Positions 46,953 through 60,214 of a stretch of DNA of 64,000 nucleotides are shown here, in pieces. A program made the position numbers and the translations under genes. Under the pieces are notes generated by a model that did not search any database, was not told the origin of the DNA, and saw only the letters and a list, made by a program, of their open reading frames with translations. The first letter of the stretch is position 1; every line of letters starts with the position of its first letter. This DNA comes from Callorhinchus milii (lineage: Eukaryota). Where the stretch lies: positions 99,326,001 through 99,390,000 of the forward strand of contig NW_024704743.1 of assembly GCF_018977255.1 (NCBI RefSeq), given 5' to 3'.

Positions 46953-47946
46953 TTACAACATTCATTAGCGTCTGATAATGAGTGCGACAGATTCCCAGTG
47001 ATCGTTGTAATTATTTCACCTCCCTCAAGTGAAAAAGAGAAGTAACAAAAGCCGAAAGCGTTGGTGTAATGTGGATCGACGCTGCAAATGAATGAGAGCC
47101 GATATGTACAAATGTTTGCTAAGTACCAGCAACACTGATCTGTGCAACTGCTTGGAAACAGGGAAGACTGCAACCAAGCTACAGCCATCATCCGTGACAC
47201 TAACTGAGCCACGGTTCACAGTACAGTACATCGTGACTTGTGGCTTCACAGTGTTTCTTCATTGATTTTTGTTTTGCACCATTGAAATAAACGCTCAAAC
47301 ATTCTATCAATCAAAGATATTTTCCTCCTATGTATAAAGCTTGCAAGGATCTAAAATAATTGGAATCATAATGAGTCTCGTCAATCCCAGTCCCTGGGGG
47401 TCAGAGATATTGGTTTCAAACTGAACGTTTCACAAATGTGATGGAAACCCGTTTAATCCATACAGTCATATCATCTGGTTTGCCCCCAATACAGAGCCCG
47501 TTAAGATCTGTGAAACTGACAAAGAGAGTTGAAGAATAAAGGGCATATGTACTTCACTGGGATTCTGGATGTGGAATTAGTTCTGTTAATTTATAGTTGC
47601 AAACTGAAGGAATATTAGTTCACATTGATCAGCTTCAGGAGCTCCCAGCAATGTGAATTGAAGAGGTATGGATGCATACAAGTTTGGTCTTTGCATGGTT
47701 AAGCATCAAATAACAGCCAAGGAAATCAATTATATATATAATGGATTTAGACTGAGAAATATATATATTTGCACATTTCAAAATTTGGAATAAAACCATT
47801 AATATAATCACAGTTGTCATTACAAAAGTACAAAAGTGTAAATGGGTTATATCAAAGTATGGTAAGATTATTTGCAGGACCACCTATAGGAATAAAGATG
47901 ATTGAAGTAGATGTCAGTAAAATCTCGAGGTAAAGTACTGTGTACA

Positions 47947-48298
47947 GGAATCCTATAGCTCAGTGGTTAGAGAACTCGCCTCGCAAGCGAAACACCTGGA
48001 TTTGATTCCTGACCGGGCAAAGCCTTGGGCAAGTTTCCTTACTCCACACGTCTGATAATAAACCCTCAAGAAAAAAAAGACAATAATAACATTGGTCACT
48101 TCAATCCATGACTGTTTGTGATACACTGCTGTGCACAATTGGCTGCCGCATTTCGCCCACAATTATACAGTCAATTCACTTTACAGTATATTCTGTGAAG
48201 CGCTTTGAGATGTTTAGAAGATATGAAAAGCGCTATATCAAATGCAAGGATTATTATTTATTATAAAGTGCTATATCAAATACAAGGATTATTATTAT
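47947..48298 (+). mobile_element. tRNA-derived SINE with duplicated tail
   Basis: Same family; the tail aaag(c/t)gctatatcaaat(g/a)caaggattatt occurs twice. Confidence 0.9.
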
Positions 48299-49219
48299 TT
48301 TTATATATTACACCTAAATTGAAAACAGACAGCTGGAAGTAATCCAATACAGTAGGAGGGTGTTAGAATTTCTTTGGGGACATATGGTACATTGACACAG
48401 GATACCTCCTAACATGAGTTACATTTCACTCATTCACTGATCGCATCAAGTAACACTGTTTTCTAGTAGGATGCAACTCCAACTTACTAAGCCAGTCTGG
48501 AATCTTGGCATTTTGTTTAACCCTCAACTATCCTATCCAGAACTCTGCGGCCCATGTCCTCCCCCACACCAGGCTTCGCGACCCTAATAATCGAAGTACT
48601 GCCAACTCAATCCGAGCCCCTCATATAAACAGTCCTGACTGTTGTATAAGTTGTATAAACTGCTTGGTGCAAAGAAATTTATGTAGATGCTGATTTTCCA
48701 TAACGTACTCATTCAATAACAAACATAATGACACTACACTTTTCGACATATCAAAAATTAAATTATACCTCAAATGGACATCAGTTTGATTCATTTTGGC
48801 AAATTTCTTTCTGCTGCAGTAACTAGTCTCCAGGGCATTCTTGAATCCACAAGACACTTCAATTCAACTGATTTTCTTCAGTTTCAATTAATTTCACAAA
48901 ATTCACCCACATCTATAACAGCGGATTAGTGTTTTAACAGTGAACAAGATTAAGTGCTAAGAGATTCCAAGGGAGTATTGTATGATACAAATGTTGAATA
49001 TCGCGTGCCTTTTTCTCTTTAATTATACAGTAAATAATAATTCTTGCACTTAACACCAACGAAACTAACTCACTAACCTCTTAACTTGCCTGGATTCACC
49101 TTCAATCATGATTCTCTTATGGGAAGTATTTTTGTATCTGTTAGTTGTAGAAGTTGTAATCAAGACAGACTACATGGTCTAGATTGTTTTCAGTGAAACA
49201 GATCAAAATTCCACTCACG

Positions 49220-50085
49220 TACAATAACAACAACAACAACAAAATTACATTTATAGGGGGACTTTCATGTTGGGAGGACATCCCAAAGTGCTGGACAGTC
49301 AGGGGTCAGGACCCGAGCATGGGGGAAGGGTGAGGTAGGGTGAGGGAAGGTAGAGAGGTGGGAGGGTGACTGGAGGCACGATTGAAGAGGAAGATCTTGA
49401 GACCAGTCTTGAAGGAGGCAAGGGAGGAAGTGAGGTGAAGGGACTGTCGGATGGAGTTCCAGAGTATGGGGGCAGAATGGCTGAAAGCTCGGCCACCGAT
49501 GGTAGGGTGGGTTGGGCGGGAGACATGGAGCAGGCCGGAGCCTGCTGAATGGAGGGAGTGGGCAGGTTGGTAGGAGTCAGCAGGTCAGAGAGGTAGGAGG
49601 GGGCAAGGCCATGGATGGCCTTGAAAGTGAGAACAAGGATCTTGAATTCGATCCTCTGGGGGATGGGGAGCCAGTGGAGTCGGGTGAGGATGGGAGTGAT
49701 GGGGTCACGTAGCCTGGTACATGAGAATACACGAAGTGCAGAATTTTGGATGATCTGCAGCTTGTGAAGGGAAGAGTTGAGAAGGCCGATGAGGAGGGAG
49801 TTTCCATAATCGAGCCTTGATGTGACGAATGCATGGGTGAGGGTTTCGGCAGCCTGAGGGGTGAGGCAGTGGCGGAGTCTGGCAATGTTGTGGAGGTGGT
49901 GGTAGGCAGTGCCGGTCATGGCGCGGATGTGGGGGAGAAAGGACAGTTCAGGGTCAAACAAGACACCCAGGTTCCTGACTGGCTTAGGGAGATTGAGTGT
50001 GCAGCCGTGGAGGTTGATGCTGCCAGCGCCCGAGGTGCCCGGGTGCTGGCGCGAGCCAATCAGGAGGGCCTCGGTCTTGCTGACA
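49220..50085 (-). mobile_element. L2 LINE 3' fragment
   Basis: ORF 49299-49961: AETLTHAFVTSRLDYGNSLL...LHWLPIPQRIEFKIL. Confidence 0.92.
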
Positions 50086-50309
50086 TAGTGTTGCTTTCTG
50101 TTCCGAGGCCAACTAGTATAGGCTCAAAGGATTAATGCCTAATTCTAAATATAGTAGGTAAACTAACAAACATTTTATGCAAAATTTCTGTTAAATCAAC
50201 ATTTAGTTCCAGTTTTGGTATTGAAATATGTTACATGCTGAAACATGGAAGAAGGAAATACAGTCTGATTATTTTAGACAGGTATACCCTGCCCTGTCAT
50301 TGGGTTTAC

Positions 50310-51161
50310 CTGATGAAATGGGCAGACATGTGACAGATGAATTTTAATGTGGAGAAATGTGAAGTGATGCATTTTGCAAGGAAGAACAAAGAGAGGCAAT
50401 ATAAGCTGATGGTACAATCTTTAAGGGGGTGAAGGAAATGAGAGATCTGGGGATTGATATAAGTAAATCTTTGAAGGTGGCGGGACAGGTAGATGAAGCT
50501 GTTAAAACAGCATACGGGATACTAGGCTTTATAAATAGGGGCATAGAATACAAAAGTCAGGAAGTTATGATGAACCTTTATAAAACACTTGTTAGGTCTC
50601 AGCTAGAGTACTGTGTTCAATTCTGGGCACCACACTTTAGGAAAAATGTCAAGGCATTGGAGAGGGTGCAAAGGAGATTTACCAGGATGGTACCAGGAAT
50701 GAGGGACTTCAGTTATCAAGAGAGGCTAGAGAAGCTAGGTTTACTCTCCTTGGAGCAGAGAAGGTTAAGAGGAGACTTAATAGAAGTTTCAAAATTATGA
50801 GGGGATTCAATAGGGTGAACAAGGAGAAACTATTTCCAATGGCGGGTGGGTCAGTAACCCGAGGACACTGACTTAAAATAGTTGTTAAAAGAAACAGAGG
50901 GGAGGTGAGGAGAAATGTATTCACGCAACAAGTTGTTTGGATCTGGAATGCATTGCCTGAAAGAGTGGTGAAAGCCGATTTGATAACAACTTTTAAGAGA
51001 GAAATAGATAATTATTTAGGGGGGACAAGTTTCCAGGGCTATGGGGAGCGATCACGGGAGTGGGATTGATTTGGATAGCTATTTTCAAAGAGCTGGCACA
51101 GACATGATGGGCTGAATGGCATTCTTCTGTGCTGTATAATATTATGATTCTATGATTCTAG
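50310..51161 (+). mobile_element. CR1 LINE 3' fragment
   Basis: ORF 50429-50800 LYKTLVRSQLEYCVQFWAPH...LEQRRLRGDLIEV; (ATTCTATG)n tail. A matching 3' end lies at 22865-23015. Confidence 0.93.
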
Positions 51162-54100
51162 GAGAATTATTGCATAAGTATTTCCTAATTGAAAGACTAC
51201 AGTGCAAAATGCCAGAACATCCTTCCTTTCTCACATCGCTACTATTCAATACAGGCCTGGTCTTCCTCCAGATACCTCCATCATCTCAGACACCATGGTT
51301 TCCCATTACATCCTGGAGAACATCATTACTATCTTACAACCAATAATTCCATTACCAACCAATTTTTTATCCACCTTTTTGATGTAGTTTATCAACTCAG
51401 TCTCAATTACACTTGATGTACATTTCTAATCTCTAATTTCATTTGAGACTTGTTTATTTTAAAACTTTTGGTTTCAAACTTTGCTCTCACATTCTGAGTC
51501 AATAGAGTTACTTATGTCTACGTCATCTATGCCTCAACCTCAAATCATCCTTTCTACAATGAGAACAAATTCAGATGTTCAACCCCCACGATGTGTAAAA
51601 CTAAGTTCCAGCAATACCTGTGTCAATTTTCTTTAAACCTCTCCAAATGCACCAATCTTCTTTATATTGTAGGGTGTCCAAAACTGCATTTGAAGGAGTA
51701 CAATTTGAAGTGTTCTTTAATGTATTGCTGTGACAATTAAGAGAAAAAACTTATTTAGGAACACCCCTAGTTTAGTTTCTAAACAACAGCAATTTACTTT
51801 TATTTATAGCACTTTCAGATGAGGAGAATAACTCAAAATTCTTTACAAAAACTTGTCGAGAACTTGAGTAGTAGGTGGGAGAGCTAGGGGTGTGGGGGAG
51901 GTAGCTGGAAGACCAGAGGTTGGTCCAGGTGTGATTTGAAAGCAGAGAGGGAAGGGGCAAGGTGGAAGGGTTGGAAGAGAGTCCCAGAGGTAGGTGGAAA
52001 ATTGACTGAAGGCTCACTCAGTGATGCTAGGCAAGGAGTGTTCCTGTGACATGAAATAGGCTGGAGTTCCAGAATCCTATTATAAAATCATAGAATATTA
52101 CAGTCCGGAAGAAGGCCATTCGGCCCATCGTGCCTATGCCGGCTCTTTGGAAGAGCTCCCAATCTCTCACTCCCCTGTTAACTAATAAACATTAGCATAA
52201 TTCTGCGTTATCTTGGTAATCAGGGTCTGTTTGCAGCACCTCATCCACTCAGTCACTTCTACAGTTCAACCTCCGATAGCAAAGTAAACAGCTCTCCCTT
52301 CACTAGAGTAAACTCCTGAAAATAAGGCCCTGCCTTAACATGTCACTACCACTTAAGTAGCTATATTGTCAATATCCTGGCCACTTCCCATGCAAAATGT
52401 TAACAAGGGACTCCTTGTCTCTCCCCTTAACACATAACTAGTCGCATTTTAGAAATTCTTGTAAGTATTTACTGTGGATAACTTGTCCTATAACATGACA
52501 TCTGGCATTGCAGAGGCCTCCCCCTATCCTGTGAATGATGTGGGAGATCAGAGGAGATTGGGCGTTCATACTCAGACCTCTGGTCTATTGTAGGGCTTGC
52601 CATGGCCTCCTTCCCAACACACTACCCAATCCTGTGACAGGATAGGCGGGAAGCCATGGTGCAGCCCTCCAACATACCACAGGCTTCTGCAATACTTCAC
52701 TCCTGATTTCTTTAGATACGTATATTGCATTCTCCATGGAGGATTGTCACCAAAGTGATCAGACACTATAAAGTGGGACTGAACCAGTGTGAAGGATCCA
52801 AGTAGAACAGCCTAAAATTCAGTGAGAAATGCCATTTTATTCTTCAATCGAAAACTCTTTTTTTAAATTTTATCTGGGCTTTCAATTTAGCAGTGACATT
52901 TTACTATTCTTTTTTTAAAAAAATCCTTTTGCACTGAATAGCATTAGCTGGATTAATAATAATAATCCTTGAATTTGATATAGTGCCTTATCACATCGGA
53001 AGGATGTCTCAAGGGCGCTTCAAAGGATATACTAAAGATATGTGGCCTGAAATTCCACGCAGTCCTAGCCTGTAAAATCATTTTGTCTCAAAATTTAATA
53101 TTGTGTAGAATTGTGGAAATTTGGTAATGTCAGTTTTCTTCATTTCTTAAAAATAATTGTTTTTCCAAATCGAGACTGGATTTAAGAATTGTCCCTAATT
53201 CTGCGCTATCTTACCTTTTAAGACAAAAAGATTTCACAAGCTAAGACTAGGTGAAATTACAGGCTTTTAACTTTTTTTTGAGGTGAATTGTATCAGATCC
53301 GTATCTAGATTTATGTATCAACTGAATGACAATATTTCATCAGACACTTTGGTATGTTTGGCACAGGCAATAGGGAAAATTACATCTCTTTCGTAGTGAT
53401 TTACAGTCGCTCATTGAACAAGAGACAGAACTTATTAAACAAAGTCATCATAAGTCTAGCAACAATATTTCATTGTTCACTGTATCCTACACCTCTGTTA
53501 TTGGATGAAAATGTAGGTGTTTTTCTGTCTATTGTTTCCTCTGTCAACTAGAAATAATTTAAGGATTACTACAATTATTTTTAAAAAATAAAAATGACAT
53601 CATCACCTTCAGTCACAAGGTTATCTTCTAAATGTACATGTATGACACCCAAATTTACTTTTCCATTTGTACTCTTATTCCAGGTCCACTGATGTTCTGT
53701 CCACTTGCCTCTCATACATCAAGGTCTTGGTAAGCCTTAATTTCTGGCAACTTAAGATGGGTGAAATAGAAACTATCCTTCCTGGCTCCCGCCAATGTTT
53801 CCTCATTTCTGACTCTGACCTCCTCAACCTCCCTGAACTCGTTGTCAAACTGGCCCAACCAGTGGGCAACTTTACCTCTTGTTTTATCTTCAGCTCTTCC
53901 TTACACACATTTGGGCCCTGACCAAGACTACCTTTCTTCACCTTTGCCAATGCTGAGCTAGTTCAATGGAGGTCCAATTCACAGCATGCATAATAATATA
54001 ATAATAATCCTTACATTTGATATCACGTCTTATCACATCTTCAAGACGTCTCAAAGCGCTTCACAGAATATAGTGCAAAATAAATTGCCTGTGTGCCTTC

Positions 54101-55170
54101 TCACACCAATTGTCAGCAAAAGCCCTATTCATGTATTTGTTAACTTTGGCCTAGACATTTCAAATGCTTTGCACTATTTGTTCCTTGTAGCTGTGGCTAT
54201 GATACTGCAATGGTTGACAGGCAGAGGAGATGGTGCTGACAATGGGACAGCTACCTTTCACCACACTTCAGTAATACTTATCTTACCAATTGTACCCGTT
54301 CCCCTTCTAACCCTTCAAGTTTGCATGTGTTTGCACAATGGAAAACTTATACATAATTGTTTGTATGTGTCAGATTTATCAGGTTTATCACAGAACATCC
54401 ATGATAACAAGACCCATTGCTACAAGCAAAAAAGTTTGGTCACTCAATCCACAACTGTTTGTAGGCACATTGCTCTGCGCAATTGGCTACTGCATTTTGC
54501 CCACAAAATATACAGTCAATTTATTTTACACTATATTCTGTGAAGCGCTTTGAGACGTCTTGAAGATGTGATAAGACGTGATATCAAATGTAAGGATTAT
54601 TATTATATTATTATGCATGCTGTGAATTGGACCTCCATTGAACTAGCTCAGCAACAAAATAAAGAAACAGGGCCCAATTATTAAGATAGGTTAGATTTTG
54701 CCATCATCTAAAAGTTATTGAGAAGCTCATTTAATTGATTTTTTTTTCTCCAATTTGGAAACTTGGGGTTGATGAATATTCTGAGTTTCTCCTCGATTAC
54801 ATTTGGCTGTCAATGAATCTCTAGGCAAATCTTTCTGCTGGAAAAGAGTGGGTGGTGGTGGAGACAAAATTGCAAATTCGATGCTTTCTTATGTTTTTCT
54901 TTCTGTTTGGAAGTGGGTACATGGCAATTGCAGTGATGGGTATGTTAGCAGTGGGATGGGATGTTTCCTTCATTAGTAGTGCATCGTGCAGGAAATGACT
55001 CATTCCAGTGTTGGCTGTTTTTAATTGCAAAGCAGGATTCATTTACTGAGTGTGTTTACAAACCTTTTCCTGTTAAACTGCTGACATTGAAGTATATTTA
55101 TAAAAGGAAGTGTGGCCAATTTCAATTGAAGTTTTTGTATTAGCAATTTGCGGGGTTCTGTAGCATATTC

Positions 55171-55522
55171 GGGTGTCCGGTAGTTTATTGGTTAGAGCAC
55201 TTGCGTCATAAGCGAGAACACCTGGGTTTGATTCCCAGGCAGTGCAAAACATTAGGCAAATTTCCTTACTCCATGTGCCTCTGTTTGCCTAGCAGTAAGT
55301 AGTAACCCGTTTGCGGTACTAATCACTTAAAATAATAATAATAATAATTTGTTCACTCAATCCATAACTGTTTGAGTCATGTTTGCTGTGCGCAATTGGC
55401 TGCCACATTTCACCACCAAAAATGTACAGTCAATTTACTTTAACGTATATTCTATGAAGTGCTTTGAGACATCTCGAAGAGATGTAATAAGGCACTATAA
55501 CAAATGTAAGAATTATTATTAT
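55171..55522 (+). mobile_element. Older, degenerate copy of the tRNA-derived SINE
   Basis: ggttagagcacttgcgtcataagcgagaacacctgggtttgattccc head; conserved body and tail. Confidence 0.8.
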
Positions 55523-56464
55523 AGGTCTGCACTGGTCCTTTAATCTATATGAGCCACCTAGTCTAATTACTATCTCCTTCTCACTCCCTGTATCTTTTAC
55601 TTTAATATTTATTTTTTATAGATTATGTCTCATGGTACTGACAGTAGCTTGTCAATATTCCTAGCATAGACTCACGGATGAAGGATAAAGTACTAGAGCT
55701 ACATCAGTACCAGAGGAACTGTAACCCATAACCATAACCCATTAAGCTCTAGTGTCTTCAGGAGGTGAGAAAATTGGAAAATTAAATAAATATAAAACAT
55801 CTGTCAAGCCATTTACAAGCACCAAAACTGCTTTTTGTACAGTTTTCCTTAGTAAGTCAAGTGGTTCGCCTGTTAGTGACTGTGAGTAATCTTGAAAGCC
55901 CTTCCAGTGGAGTTGAAGACTGTTAGTTGTGAGTCTATTTAGATCCTTCCTACATCATATTGTTGTACCCAGGCCCAAAACTGAAACTTATTTTCCAGCA
56001 GCTTAATAAAACAGTGAAAATTTAAAAAACTTGAAATTAGCCAAATAAGGTAAAAATTGTTACTGCTTAAATTTCACAAAGTGCCTACTCTGATTTTCAA
56101 CAAGATGTGACATAGCTTGTCTGACATCTTATCATTATTGTTACTGTTAAATTGCATGAAATGATGAGTTCGACTAATTCCTGATTTCCGACAAGTTGCA
56201 AATTTCCCTTTTTGAAGCATTTACAGTTTTTAGTTATAAATTAAAAGCAGTATTCACAATTTTATTTCTGTTCTCACATCCAAATCCATTTTCCATTTCT
56301 ATATATTAATGCATTGAAATCAGTTGAAACTATTTCACCCTCTAACATATTTTTTCAGCGTTAATTACTTTCTTGATATGAACATTCAGTGTTTCCACAC
56401 TCTTGCCTCTTGCAATTATTTTGATACCAGTTTTACTCCACTAGATGAATAAATAAATGTCAAC

Positions 56465-57450
56465 ATTAACAACAACAACATGCACTTATATAGTGCACTC
56501 CACGCTGGGCGGTGTCTCAGAGCGCTGAACAATGGTGGAGTCTGATGCCGAGCCAGGGGGAAGGGGAAGGTGAACATAGGCACGGTCAAAGAGGAAGGTT
56601 TTCAGGTACAACCTGAAAATGGGGAAAGAGGGGGCAAAGCAAAGGGATTGAGTTAGGGAGTTTCATAGCTTCGGGAAGTAGTGGCTGATGGCATGGCTGC
56701 CAATGGTGGAGCGGAGGATTCGAGGGACAAGAAGGAGGCCAGAGCCAGTAGAGCAGAGGCAGTGGGTACTGCTGGAAGGAGAGAGAAAGTTGTAGAGATA
56801 GGGGGCTGCCAAGGAGTGGAGGGATTTAAACACCAGAGTGAGGATCTTGACTTCGATCTGCTCTGTAACAGGGAACCAGTGAAGGTTGGTAAAGTCTGGG
56901 GTAATCGCGGTACGAAGTTTGATGCGGGTGAGAATGCGGGTGGTGGAGTTTTGGATGAGTTGACTTTTGTGAATAGTGGAGGTGGGGAGACTAGCGAGGA
57001 GGGCATTAGAGTAGTCCAGCCAAGAGGTGACGAAAGCGTGGACAAGGGTTTCAGCAGTTTGTGGAGTGAGGTATTGTCGGAGATGGGCAATGTGGCAGAG
57101 GTGGAGGAAAGCAGTCCTGGTCAGGGACCGGATGTGGGGGGGAAGGATAACTGGGGATCAAACCTGATGCCTAAGTTTCGCATGGGTTCAGAGAGTTTTA
57201 AGGACAGATTGGGTAGTTTGAGGAGATCAGAACCGCAGGATAGAAGATGTCGACGGGAGCTAAAGAGCTAAAGAGCTAAGGAGCTAAAGTATGGCTTCCG
57301 TCTTGTTGACAAGCTGACAGAACATTAGAGGACTGGGAGGCACAGCTAAAGGAGCAGAAGTAGAATTGAGTGTCATCTGCATACATGTGGAAGTTAACTC
57401 CGTATCTGCGGATGACATCACCGAGAGGGAGCATAGAGATAAGGAAGCGA
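56465..57450 (-). mobile_element. L2 LINE fragment including the RT catalytic motif
   Basis: [25 protein letters not shown] (ORF 57276-57461) plus L2 3' region and tail. Confidence 0.92.
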
Positions 57451-58744
57451 GCTGTTTTCATTGAGCATAACTATACTTTGTGAATGAGTCACTGTCTTCC
57501 CTTTGTCGCCATAATGATCTCAGGGTTAAAATTCTCTGTGGTACATTAATTCTGTATCTGTAAATGAAGAGGGCTAACATAATTTGAGGAATTCAGGAGA
57601 ATTCCTGAATTATTTGCATTGGTTAGAATTATCTGTGTGTTTTTAATGATTGTTTATTGGAGATCCAGTGATCCCATCCAAACCACATGAAAGCTCTGAA
57701 TTTTGCCTGAATTGGGCTGCCCATACATATTGCATAATTTTCCCACAAGAATATATCTATCTATGTGGGACTTTGGAATACCATAAATTGGATGTTATGC
57801 TGCTGGTGAGCTCAAAATATAGAGAAATATATCTATACAGGTAATATGGACATAAAGAGCAAACAAATGACTAATGACAACAGCTTGAATAAAAGAGTTA
57901 CATTACATATTATGGAAGCAGAACCTGAGATTGGCATCTGAGTGGAATTCCACAAAGAAATGTATTTAGATATGTGCTGGATTAACTATTTAAATGTTTG
58001 TAACTTAGACTCCAGTATGTTGCACGATATCGCCTACAAAATATGCTGTCAGTATACTTTACAATAAAAACTTGTGAAGTGCTTTGAGACGTCCTCCTGA
58101 ATTGAAAGGGGCTGTATTCGAGGATTATTATTATTACAATATGATAACAAAAAATTGTTCTGTTGAGGACTGAGCTCTCTCTTCTTTCTGTACTGTACTG
58201 GAACTTCAGGGTAGGAGCAGGAAACCACTGGAGTTTGTTAGAACATGAAAATTCACTTGTTAAAAGAAAACCATGCCAACTTTATTTTCACTGCTGCATT
58301 AATATATAAACAGGTCACATTATTAGCAACAAGATCCAAGCGCATGCAAAATATATCAACCATTCAAGATGTACAAAAATTATAGTGGGTTCCAGGATCT
58401 GAGTCATAAGCTGAGCTAATTTAAAAACACAAAGTGGGAGGAAATCTGGAGACCTGAGGCCCCTCATTTCCTCCCTAACAGAAACCACATTATTTGGCAA
58501 TAAGTAATCTGGTTATTGTCCAACAGTTTGGTTCATTGAAGGAATAAACACACTGTTGCTTGAAGATGGCGTCAAACCATCAAGACTTTTTAAAAAATAT
58601 ATAAATCAAACAATTTAACAAAATAGGATTTATCCTTTTTTTTCTGTGAATTGGAGGAAATACTGAGCCCAGTCATATGAGAGGGATGCACATGAAGGTG
58701 AAAGAGATGCGCTGCGCTTGCTCTAGATTTATCTCCCTGATATC

Positions 58745-59182
58745 TACGCACGGTCGAAGAGGAAGGTTTTCAGGTGTGACTTGAAAAAGGGGCGAGAGGG
58801 GGCAAGGTGGAGGGATTGAGAGAGAGTGTTCCAGAATTTGGGGGCGTAGTGGCTGAAAGCGCAACCTCCGATGGTGGGGTGGAGGGCATGAGGGATGAGC
58901 AGGAGGCAGGTGCCAGTCGAATGGAGGCACTGGGTGGTGAATTGGGGAGTGAGAAGGTCGGAGAGGTAGGGAGGTTCCAGAGAATAAAGGGATTTGAACA
59001 CGAGTGTGAGTATCTTGAAGTCAATCTGTTCGGTGATGGGGAGCCAGTGGAGCATGGACAGAACTGGTGAGATGTGGGTATGGAGTTTGGCCCAGGTCAG
59101 TGTGTGGGGGACAGAGTTCTGAATGAGCTGGATCTTTTGAATAGTGGAGCTGGGAGATCAGCGACGAGTGAGATTGAGTAAT
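58745..59182 (-). mobile_element. L2 LINE 3' fragment
   Basis: LHWLPITEQIDFKILTLVFK...FKSHLKTFLFDRA; same subfamily as 7497-8032. Confidence 0.9.
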
Positions 59183-59710
59183 GGAACAGTAATAGAGCAA
59201 TGGATGACCCAGACTATGTACTCAGCAAGACAATATGTCTTCTGTTCATGAATTATACAATAACAATTTGTGTTTATAAAGTGCCCTCCACAAAGGATAA
59301 TGTCTCAGAGTGCTTTATAACGGGTATAGTTCATCCCAATGCAATATGCAGAATTTGTTATTATATTCTTGCTTTACATCCAGCCAAACCATCATTTTCT
59401 AAATTTATTTGCTATCATATTCTATTTGGAATTCCAAGCATACACACACACACACACAGAGCACAAAATGTCAGCAATTTGAAGCTTAATGAAAGTGCCC
59501 GTCTGGAAAGGTTATACATTCCCTCGTTCTCCATCTTAATAAAAGAGAGAAAACTATTAATCCTTCTGAGATTAAACTGTGGTATTTTCCTCGCTCAGTG
59601 CTCCCTTCCTGAATGTTCCCTTGCTCACTACTCTTTCATTCAAGTTTATAGCAAAATAACCAATGAGTGACTATCTTTCCTAATGGGGGTGTTGTGGGAA
59701 TCAGTAAGCA

Positions 59711-60005
59711 AGGTCTCCTTGGATTATATAATTTCATAATTGAGACACCTCTCTGTGGTGGTCTCGATATTCTGGTTCTTGAGCGAGGCAGGTTTGCAGT
59801 ACTCTAAGTCACTACAGCCATGTTAGCTCATTAGCAGAACTGGGAGGGGCAGACTAGGGAGTTAAGGATTCTTCACACTCAAATCCTATTAACTCTCCAA
59901 ACCAAAGCCCTAACAGATAAGATGGTCCTAACTATGGGAAGCTTGCCAGACAGTGCTCTCAATGGCAAGCTAAACAGTTTTAGTTGGTTAAACTGCACTG
60001 AGTAC
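59711..60005 (+). mobile_element. Unclassified interspersed repeat of about 300 bp (degenerate copy)
   Basis: ggtctccttgga...ctctgtggtggtctcgatattctggttcttgag...gcttgccagacag...atggcaagct, matching 3885-4205. Confidence 0.7.
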
Positions 60006-60214
60006 AGATGAATCTTGATTAAGGAATGTTAATAAATGATAATAATCTTTGTGTTTGTTATAGCATTTTATCATGTTGTTGAAACATCTCAAAGCTCTTC
60101 AACAAGTGCTTTAACTGCAAAGTGTAGTGACTGGATACTTGAAGGTGAATACAGCAGCTGATTTGCATGCGGCAATGTTCCTTAAACAGCCATGAGTGAA
60201 GAACACATTTTATA

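Noticed and set aside
53986..54543. 185-aa ORF between the inverted arms
   Set aside because: Mosaic of SINE tail, L2 remnant and AT-rich DNA; no homology cue.
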